From contig NW_021833178.1 in NCBI RefSeq assembly GCF_006345805.1, positions 1-29,198 on the forward strand: 29,198 bases of DNA, in the 5' to 3' direction. The stretch is from Octopus sinensis. Taxonomy: Eukaryota. Of the stretch, positions 20,316 to 29,198 are shown one piece after another. How positions within the stretch are numbered: the stretch's first letter is position 1; every line of letters begins with the position of its first letter. A model generated the notes under the pieces. That model did not search any database. It was not told the origin of the DNA and was given only the letters and a program-made list of their open reading frames with translations. Both the position numbers and the translations under genes were made by a program.

Positions 20316-20698
20316 TTATTTTCTGCTCTAGGCACAAGGCCCGAAATTTTGGGGGAGGTGGGCCAGTCGATTAGATCCACCCCAGCGCTTAATTTATCGA
20401 CCCCGAAAGAATGAAAGCAAAGTCGTCAGAATTTGAACTCAGAACGTAGCGGCAGACGAAATACCTATTTCTTTACTACCCACAAGGGGCTAAACACAGA
20501 GGAGACGAACAAGGACAGACAAACGGATTAAGTAGATTACATCGACCCCAGTGCGTAACTGGTACTTATTTAATCTACCCCGAAAGGATGAAAGGCAAAG
20601 TCGACCACCGCGGAATTTGAACTCAGAATGTAGTGGCAGACGAAATACCGCTAAGCATTTCGCCCGGCGTGCTAACGTTTCGGCCAGCTTGCCGCCTT
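20316..20698 (-). mobile_element. Head-to-tail dimer of SINE family A
   Basis: Complete monomer at 20465-20698 with tail ...CCCCTTGTGGGTAGTAAAGAAATAG, joined directly to a 5'-truncated monomer at 20316-20464 that starts at GTATTTCGTCTGCC and has a different tail (...GGGCCTTGTGCCTAGAG). Confidence 0.88.
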
Positions 20699-21445
20699 TT
20701 TGGTTTGGTAAAATTATCTCTGATTCAAGACGATGTGTCATAATTACAAAATGGCAATTAAGACAAGCTCCACTTGAGAAAGAGAAACCCATGAATGCAC
20801 TCTGTTTTACCGATTCTAAACGAAAGGTTCATAGATCCATTGGGTAGATAAATTCCACAATGGTATATGATATTTGTTTTCCGTCTTAGATAATTATGTC
20901 AGCCTTGCTATGTTTATTTTCAGTTGATTTTTGATGAGAATGCTGCATCAGTATCGCCGTGTTAAAATGCTTAGTTGTATTTAACGTCTGTAGAACCCTT
21001 TTCTTTTTTGATACTTCTCCCAAGCCTGCCGTCGCTACATATAGTATTGTATGTTGTTTAAACAAACGCTAATGGACCAAAAGGAGAAAGTAGGCCGCAG
21101 CAACTGGTGCTCGAGTGTGTAATGTGTTCTGGAGGAATGCGACGGTTTCTTTATGACATCTTGAAATGCATGCATCGTGTGTGCACGAGACAGTGATGCA
21201 GAGGAGCTGTATGGGTGCTAGTCTGTGTCTGTCGGCCTTTACGGATGTTTAGCATACACACATTGGTATATACTATACATACATACATACACACACACAT
21301 ATATACATGCATATATATTTATACACACACACACACACACATATATTTATAAACAAACACACACACATATACATATATGCATATATACATATATACATAT
21401 AATGCATATAGCTATACTCACATATACACATAAATGTATACAAAC

Positions 21446-21511
21446 ATTGTTTTCGGCTAAAGGCGGTGCTCCAACATGGCCATAGTCAAATGATTGAAAC
21501 AAGTAAAAGAA
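21446..21511 (+). mobile_element. SINE family B, 3' tail fragment
   Basis: CTAAAGGCGGTGCTCCAACATGGCCATAGTCAAATGATTGAAACAAGTAAAAGAA. Confidence 0.75.
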
Positions 21512-21537
21512 TATATATATATATATATACATGTATA

Positions 21538-21760
21538 TATTTCTTTATTGCCCACAGGGGGCTAAATACAGAGGGTACAAACAAAAGGATTATGTCGATT
21601 GCATTTACCCCAGTGCGTAACTGGTGATTATTTAATCGACCCCAAAAGCATGAAAGGCAAAGTCGACCTCGGCGGAATTTGAACACAGAACGTAACGGCA
21701 GACGAAATACCGCTGAGTATTTCGCCCGGCGTGCTAACGTTTCTGCCAGCTCGCCACCTT
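21538..21760 (-). mobile_element. SINE family A, full length
   Basis: Reverse complement is about 90% identical by eye to 22294-22525. Confidence 0.9.
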
Positions 21761-22293
21761 ATGTATGTATTAGTTTGTAACTGTAAGTATATTAATAGGT
21801 GTGTATGTAGATAGATTTAAAAAGAAATGAAACGGGAAAATAATTAGAAATGGTTATTGATAGACGAGGAATCAAGCAAATGACATCTGCCATGGTAATT
21901 GTCAACATACCAATGTTTTGTAAAACAAAAAAAATGTCTACTTCCGCCGGATGTGAAATGTTTTGCGCATCAAGTACGTCTCATCAGCCCGGCTAATGTT
22001 TCTGATTTTTGCGTCTAATTGATTTATTTGCAGTTACACTTAACCATCAACAAAACCTGCAGAAGACGAAATAGCTTTGATATCGTACCCACCAGTTACA
22101 CATCATCATCATCATTATCATTGCCTCATTGTCATCGTCGTCGGCGCTGGCGTTATCACCACCATCACCATCACCAGCACCACTACCACCACCATCATCA
22201 TGAAAAAGATATTATATGTATTTTCTCTTTTCTTGTGATAAAATTGTAGACAAAGTTTTTTTTTTTAAAAAAGAAGGTGGCAGTAGTGTTAGA

Positions 22294-22525
22294 GGCGGCG
22301 AGCTGGCAGAAACGTTAGCAGGCCGGGCGAAATGCTTAGCGGTATTTCGTCTGCCGCTACGTTCTGAGTTCAAATTCCGCCGAGGTCGACTTTGCCTTTC
22401 ATCCTTTCGGGGTCGATAAATTAAGCACCAGTTACGCACTGGGGTCGATGTAATCGACTTAATACCCATGTCTGTCCTTGTTTGTCCCCTCTATGTTTAG
22501 CCCCTTGTGGGTAATAAAGAAATAG
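22294..22525 (+). mobile_element. SINE family A, young full-length copy with target-site duplication
   Basis: A-box TGGCAGAAACG at 22304-22314 and B-box GAGTTCAAATTCC at 22366-22378. TSD GTAGTGTTAGA at 22283-22293 and 22526-22536. Confidence 0.95.
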
Positions 22526-23916
22526 GTAGTGTTAGAGAAAGAATTGGTCACCGATGTTGCAGTTTTGTGTTGATGACGACGACGATGATGATGATGATGG
22601 TGGTGGTGTTGATGGTGTTCTTTCTCTACCAGTAAATCTTGAAAAACAATTTTATCACAAGAAAACACAATGTACGTAGAATATCGATCTGTGGGGCCCA
22701 GTAGGTCTCTTAAGGGTCATAAGTTCGATAAAAATACAACCCCCCCGCAAAAAAAAAACTGGAGACTGAGTTTATTTAAAATGTTATCAATAACACTCAA
22801 CAAGTGGAAAGTGCTTGGGTCTGCCTCAAGCGAGGAAATAAACGGTGCTGTGGCATAACATCGTTTTTATTTGTTTTTTTTAATGTTATGCTGTAGTTTA
22901 AGCAAAATTTGGGCATGTAAAGAGATTTCGTAAAGATTTAGTGTGTGAAGTTCCCATGGGGAGAAGCAGTCACGACCTCCAGTATGTCCAGCAATGGAGA
23001 CTGCCGATTGGCTAAATTTATATAATTTTAAATGCATCTAACATTTTTGTTATTAAATTTTAGAAAAAAGAAATGAATGCGATTCATCATCAGCAAACAA
23101 AACTATATCGAAATCACATTGTTTTTTTTTTTAAAATAATCTGTTGAAAATTCGAAAACCGTCAAAAATGTTAGAAGAAACTTAACAAGATTTGCATTTT
23201 CTGAAGTCTCCATTACTTTCTCTACCAGTATTACTAGCAAAAATACCAGTAATGTCATCAGTTCCAGCAGCTGATCATACATAGGTCTGCTCAGTCAGAA
23301 CTCTCTTGGTACTAAAAAAACAATTACAAGAACGCTACTGGATAACGAGGAAAAGTCTATGTGGCTGCCAGGCCTGCTAGAAAAAGTAATCAGATCTCTC
23401 TCTCTCTCTCTCTCAAATTACTCTCCTTTGTTAAAAAAATAACATTAGATATTGTCTGTGAGACACGGTAAGGCAAAAGCAAATGGCAGGGTAGGGACGG
23501 TTTCAGCTCCAACTTTAGACTTGCTAAATAAAAGTCACCCTCAGGCCAAATAGCAACACCAATAACAGCAGCAGCAGCCGTTCAAGGATTTGGACCTGGA
23601 GATCTCCATTTCCCCCGACTTCGAGGGCCACCCCCCAGTGGTATCGGGCATCAACGAAGAGCCAACGACTACAACAAGACGACCAAAGTTTATTTTTCCC
23701 AAGGTCTGGGGTCTCCCGCCCTTAAGCCCTAGAACCTCACCTAATCACCCTTACCCGTCTTGTTGCTTAACAACAACAACAACAACAGCAGCAACAGAAA
23801 CAGCAGCAGCGACAGCTACACGACCTATGAATAAGGCAACATGTTAAGGATGGCGGAGCTTTACTTTATGAAGAAGACGAAGAGATCGAGGAAGGGGGGG
23901 GGCGATAAAAAGATTT

Positions 23917-24244
23917 GCATTTATCTTTTACTTATTTCATTCATTGAAGGATTTTGTCGAACAAATCGACTCCAGCACTTCTTTTTAAAGTCTGCTACTT
24001 ATTCTATCGGGTCTCTTTTGCCGGACCATTAAGTTACGGAAACGAAAACAAACCAATACCGATTGCCAAGTAGTGGAGACAAATACAAGCACAAAAGATA
24101 TACGTACATGCATACATACATACATACATACATACATACATACATACATACATACATACATACATACATACATACATTCGTATATATGTACATACATACA
24201 TGCATAGAAACATAGATACATACATATGTACACACAAATCTCCC

Positions 24245-24328
<84 letters not shown>

Positions 24329-24430
24329 ATGATATACATACCACGGGTTTCCAAACAATTCCAGTTTACCAAATTGACAAGGTATTAACCGGTCCAAGGC
24401 TATGTTAGAAGTTTATTGCCCAAAGTAAAC
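23917..24430 (-). mobile_element. SINE family B, diverged, with expanded (CATA)n/(ATCT)n linker
   Basis: TCTTTTACTT...GTCGAACAAATCGAC.CCAG.ACTT...CTACTTATTCTATCGG.TCTCTTTTGCC...TAAGTTACGG, with head remnant ...CAAGGCTATGTTAGAAG...TTGCCCAA. Confidence 0.7.
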
Positions 24431-26394
24431 CAAATATTTTAGTTTCTGAGAAACTTGTCCCGACTTAAGACCTTTGAGCACATGGAACCACCATTCCTTG
24501 TTAGAGAAACGTATGTTCGTTACTACCTGCACAACGTCTATATTCTACAAAACGTAAACATTTGTTCAATTAAGATGGTTCATACAGCCGTCACACAATG
24601 TCTTTTCCATATTCTGAGATTAAAAATAAGACCCGCACTGTGTTTGCTACGTCGAGTTTTTGGCCCCGAAGGGAATCAGCCAATGCTATTGCCCTTTCTT
24701 TTGCCTATCTGTTTGTGTGTCTGCCTCTGTCTTATTGTATGTAGAAATCTCTGTGTCTGTCTCTCCCCGCTCTGTCAATATATCTCTAACAACATCTTTC
24801 TGCTGTTCCTTATTTTGTCGTCTGTCTCCATCGCTTGTCTGGCTGCTTTATTTGCCTGAATGCCTGTCTGCTTGCTTGCATCTCTGTCTGTCTGTCTGTT
24901 CGTATACTGATTTCATTTCTGGTTTATCTTTTGGATGTTTTATCAACCACAGACTAGCAGCCTATCCTAGGGGAATTCACCTCACATATGTCTGGCGCTG
25001 CAGCAACCGGATATAAGTTCTAGGGGTATGATAATGTAATTCAGGAAAAGAATTAGCAAGCTTTTAGATCAGTTTGTATGTCTATCAATATGCCCATCTG
25101 TCTATCTTAGTATATGTGCCCTCTGTGTCTTATGTAAAGGATTTTCTCTCAGTCAATATATCTAACGATTTGTCGACCTCTTCTCTGTCCTGTCTGTGTG
25201 TGTCTATCTTCTACACTTTGTTGTCTTCCAGTCTGTCTGCCCAGACTCTCTCAATAGGTCTATAATCATTGGGCCACCAATATGTCTGCCCATCCACCTA
25301 TTTGCGAATTTCCTCTGCTTCGTCGTCTGTCTTTCAGTTCTGGGAAGTAAACTTGATCCAGCACCCAGCTTAACATCGCCCTCTAGCATTTTGGGTGCCT
25401 TTAGCGGAATTCATTCTGTTGCAAGGATTCGGGGCCGGTGTCTGTATTAAGGACACCTCCCCGCCTGTACTAATCTCGGAGACCTTATCCAAAGCTTATA
25501 TCCTGCACCTTTCTCTCCTAACTAAAAGATTTAAAAGAATGTCCGTCTATATATCTATCTTTCGGTACTTCTCTCTTTCTCATTAGTGTATGTGTGTCGC
25601 CAATGTTTTGTTGCTTGTCTATCGATCTCTCTGTCCTGTCTCTCTGAACATGTCCTTTCAGTTTAGCAGATCTATCTACCTGTCAATTTTTCTACTTTGT
25701 CTACCTGGCTATCTTCGTAGGTCCATCCACCTATCTATTTGTCTACTTGTATATCTTTCTAGTTCTATCCATCTGCCTATTTATCTCAGTAAATCCCATC
25801 TAAATGTCTGCCTATCTACCCATCTGCCTCTCTCTCGATCATATTGTGTCTGTCTTCTGACTATTGAGTCCATCCTTCTGTTTTCTGCTTGTGGACGTCC
25901 TCTATTTTATTGACCCTCTCCGACCTAATCAATCTGTCCCCAGTCTTATTGTGTCTGTTTGTCTTCGCTTTATTGTTTGCTGTCTCTCAATATGGCCTCC
26001 AGTAAATCCGACCAAGTCACCTTTGCTTTTGTTATCCATCTACTTTTCTATCAACCGGTTTGTCTGTTTGTCTAAAACCTCTCATTTGATTCCTTCTCTA
26101 TATCTCTCTAGAACATTTATCTTTTCACGGGCAGCCTCTCCTATCATCTCTATCACTGGTTTTCGTTTTGTCCGCATACACCTCGGCTTTTGTCTTCCAC
26201 CGAATTCAATCTGTTCCGTCTCTTTTCTTCTATTTGCGCGACCCAGCTTTATCTTGTCTGTTAGGGATAGGGTCTTCTCTGCTTTGTTGTTTGATTTCAG
26301 TAGGTTCATAGGCATGTAAGTACACACACACGCGCATATATACACATACACACCACACATATCTATATATACATATATATTTATATGCACACAA

Positions 26395-26947
26395 GTACGC
26401 CTATGTATGTATGTATGTATGTATGTATGTATGTATGTATGTATGTATGTATGTATGTATGTATGTATGTATCTATCTATCTATCTATCTATCTATCTGT
26501 CTGTTTGTCTGTCAGTCTGTCTACACACATATTCATGTATATGTAAATAAATAAGTATATTAGGCACACACACACATGCACACACACACACTTGTATGTA
26601 TATCTACATATATCTATGCGTTTGCAGAAATATATACATGCATACATATATAACTTATAAATCTAAATGCATGTATATTCATACATATTAGGATACACTG
26701 ACTCACATGTACACACACACACACAAACACACACATACACACACTCACACACTTACATAGGGAGAACAATGTGTGCTTCAGCTGTCACGTTACATCATGT
26801 GTGTTGCTGACAGAAAGATTTAGAAGGTGTCATCGCCGGGGCATAACTCGATTTTTTCAGAGAAGGAAAAACCCTCAGCACGCGCAGTCTTCACGAATAC
26901 TTACCTGCTTGACTCTTCGCAGAGGGGGGGGGGGAGGCATACAAAGA

Positions 26948-26998
<51 letters not shown>

Positions 26999-27077
26999 CG
27001 CAGTCCCGACATTCGTTATTCATACTCAGCAAGTTTAATCATTTATTATCATCGTTATTGTTGTTGAAGTTATTCAT

Positions 27078-27127
<50 letters not shown>

Positions 27128-27430
27128 TTCTTTGAACTTTACAACGTCAGATTCTGTTTTCCAACTATTCTGGCATGATCTTCTGATCTAATGCCATCAT
27201 ATTACCCTCCTACCCACCATCTCTCTCGCTGTATACATACATACATATATATATATATAGATATATATATATATATTATATATAAAATATTATATATATA
27301 TATATATAATATATATATACATATATATATATTACATATATATATAATATATATATATTATGTATATATTATATGTAATATATTGTATATATATATGTAT
27401 TTATATGTATATATATATATATTTATTATA

Positions 27431-27478
<48 letters not shown>

Positions 27479-27802
27479 ATTTATATTATATATATATATA
27501 TATATAATATACTATATATATTAATATATATATATATATATATATATAACATATATATATATATATATAGAGAGAGAGAAGGAGGAGAGAGAAATAAAAA
27601 TATGTGTCTATGTGTTCATCTATTTATACATATATATATCTGTGTGTATTGTGTGTGTGTGCGAGCGTGCGTGTGAGAATGTGTATGTGTGTGTGTCCGT
27701 GTATGTAAAATATAGACAAACTATATGGCATCATATCATTGCGAAAATAAATGGGAAGCAGTGTATGTATATTTATATGTATGTATAATCATACATTTAC
27801 AT

Positions 27803-27847
<45 letters not shown>

Positions 27848-27860
27848 TACACACACAGAT
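26395..27860. repeat. Microsatellite field: (TATG)n, (ATCT)n, (CA)n, (CAA)n, (GT)n and long degenerate (AT)n
   Basis: Seen directly. Confidence 0.9.
26897..26907 (-). other. Candidate strong 5' splice donor CAG|GTAAGTAT, exon ending at 26905
   Basis: Plus-strand ATACTTACCTG is the reverse complement of a donor perfectly complementary to the U1 5' end. No transcript evidence. Confidence 0.35.
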
Positions 27861-28199
27861 GCATATACATACACGCATACTTATATACACATATACTACA
27901 TATCCACATAGCTAAAAGTTTCGTTTACACGTGTGTGTGTTTGTACACACACGCACACCTGTATACACACACATACACACAGACACGCACATACACACAC
28001 ACTCTCTCACACACACATGCATGTACGATGGTATTTAACCAGTTCGTGTACGTTCGAGCTCATAAACTTCTCTTTTTAGAATGATGTTCAAAGACATTGC
28101 ACTATGAGTGATGTCATCGGAGAGTGAAGTGCACGTGTTTCTGCATTGTTTCGCTTCATCAGCAACCAATACCGAATTCATCGTTCACAGATCATTCCT

Positions 28200-28260
28200 G
28201 TATGTATGTATGTATGTATGTATGTATGTATGTATGTATGTATGTATGTATGTATGTATG
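28200..28260. repeat. (TATG)n microsatellite abutting the 3' end of the second R4/Dong element
   Basis: Seen directly. Confidence 0.95.
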
Positions 28261-29198
28261 TCATTATTCAGTTTATTTCAAGATTTCTTGCCAATAGAGA
28301 AAGAACCGGTTTCTAACCTAGATCCAAGGTTCCCTCATTGGAATTTCAACATCAACAACTGGGTATTTTTGTATGTATGTATGTATGTATGTGCAGACTT
28401 GTATGTTTTATGTATGTATTCTCATGCATATACTTGCATATCTAGACACTCATATATATTTAAATGATAAAATTCTGTAAAGTTTTACAGATTTTTACAG
28501 TTTCGTGGTGGACTGGATCTGTAGTCTTTGAATTACTTTCTCCTTTCTGGTTTTAAGATGCCTAATTTCTCAAGATTGGTATTTAGGCAGTGTGTTACAT
28601 ATCCCAGGGCCCCAATAATTGCAGGTATAAACGTGAACTTGTAATCTGGATAGAGTAACTGCAGATTTCGCAATATTTCAGTATAGGTGTTCCCTTTTCC
28701 ACTGATCTTCAGCTTTATGTTAACATCTGCTGGGCAGCTAATTTCCACAACTGTGCACAGTTTTTCTTCTCTATCCCAAATAATTTAATCAGGTCTGTTG
28801 TCCTTACATTTTATGGAGGTCTCGGGATCATCCTTCCAACTGATTTCATTATAGAGTGTCCTAGCTCCAACATCATGTCTCTTCTGTATTTAATACCGTG
28901 ATGACATTTTCGGGCAACTACTTATGATGTAGGTGTTATCCTCAGTGTGGTCTCCACAAAGTCTGCATCGGTTGTCACATTTTACGGTTTTTCCTGCGTC
29001 TCTATCCCTTTTGTACAGCAGGTACTTGGTTGATATTTCCTGTTCCTGGATTGCAAGCACATACCCTTCAAAGTGGGAGGTAGTAATCCTGCTATTGGTC
29101 CATGATAAATTGCTTTGATGATCGATGTTACTATCATCTCAGAGCTTTCTACTAACATATCCATGCGTAGTCTTCTGCTCGTATAGGCTCATGCCTTC
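28261..29198 (-). mobile_element. Second, older R4/Dong-type RLE retrotransposon of a different subfamily, running off the window end
   Basis: One frame from 29198: YEQKTTHGY...TSHFEGYVLAIQEQEISTKYL...CRLCGDHTEDNTYIISSCP...RHDVGAR...NRPD*IIWDREEKLCTVVEISCPAD...IPAIIGALG...TVKICKT. Premature stops at 29139-29141, 28890-28892 and 28785-28787, plus an internal deletion. Confidence 0.88.

Noticed and set aside
22294-22380. tRNA genes at SINE heads
   Set aside because: A and B boxes are present, but there is no cloverleaf and the sequence continues into a repeated SINE body.
22621-23231. 14-bp direct repeat TTTCTCTACCAGTA at 22621 and 23218
   Set aside because: Too short, with no coherent element between the copies.
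23770-23832. Poly-Gln tract QQQQQQQQQKQQQRQLHDL
   Set aside because: Immediately preceded by TAA in that frame and quickly terminated; a CAA/CAG microsatellite.
26897-26907. U1 snRNA gene (starts ATACTTACCTG)
   Set aside because: Only the first 11 nt match; the following sequence is not U1. Better read as a minus-strand splice donor.
12277-28165. Other CUGANGA cores (12277, 14083 and 15611 on +; 21981, 23088, 23256 and 28155 on -)
   Set aside because: None has a proper stem II, GAAA, stem III and stem I set.

Overview
AT-rich, repeat-saturated animal DNA with no host protein-coding gene that I can support; nearly all supplied ORFs are microsatellite artefacts. From recall (not a database search) the two abundant tRNA-like SINE families resemble octopus/cephalopod repeats, so this is probably intronic or intergenic coleoid DNA (inference). 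Supported content: about 13 SINE copies or fragments of two families, two RTE-type LINE 3' fragments, a decayed Penelope-like element (RT plus GIY-YIG), two R4/Dong-type RLE retrotransposons that each abut a microsatellite (one young and inserted within a (TAA)n array), a piggyBac deletion derivative plus a related TTAA MITE, three Helitron-like non-autonomous pieces, a ~95% identical 150-bp foldback and many microsatellites. The most notable signal is a near-canonical type I hammerhead ribozyme at 2202-2252 (+): CUGAAGA core, GAAA, GUA cleavage triplet, perfect 6-bp stem I and 4-bp stem III, followed by AATAAA. It may mark a Penelope pLTR or retrozyme-like family. All alignments and counts were done by eye.
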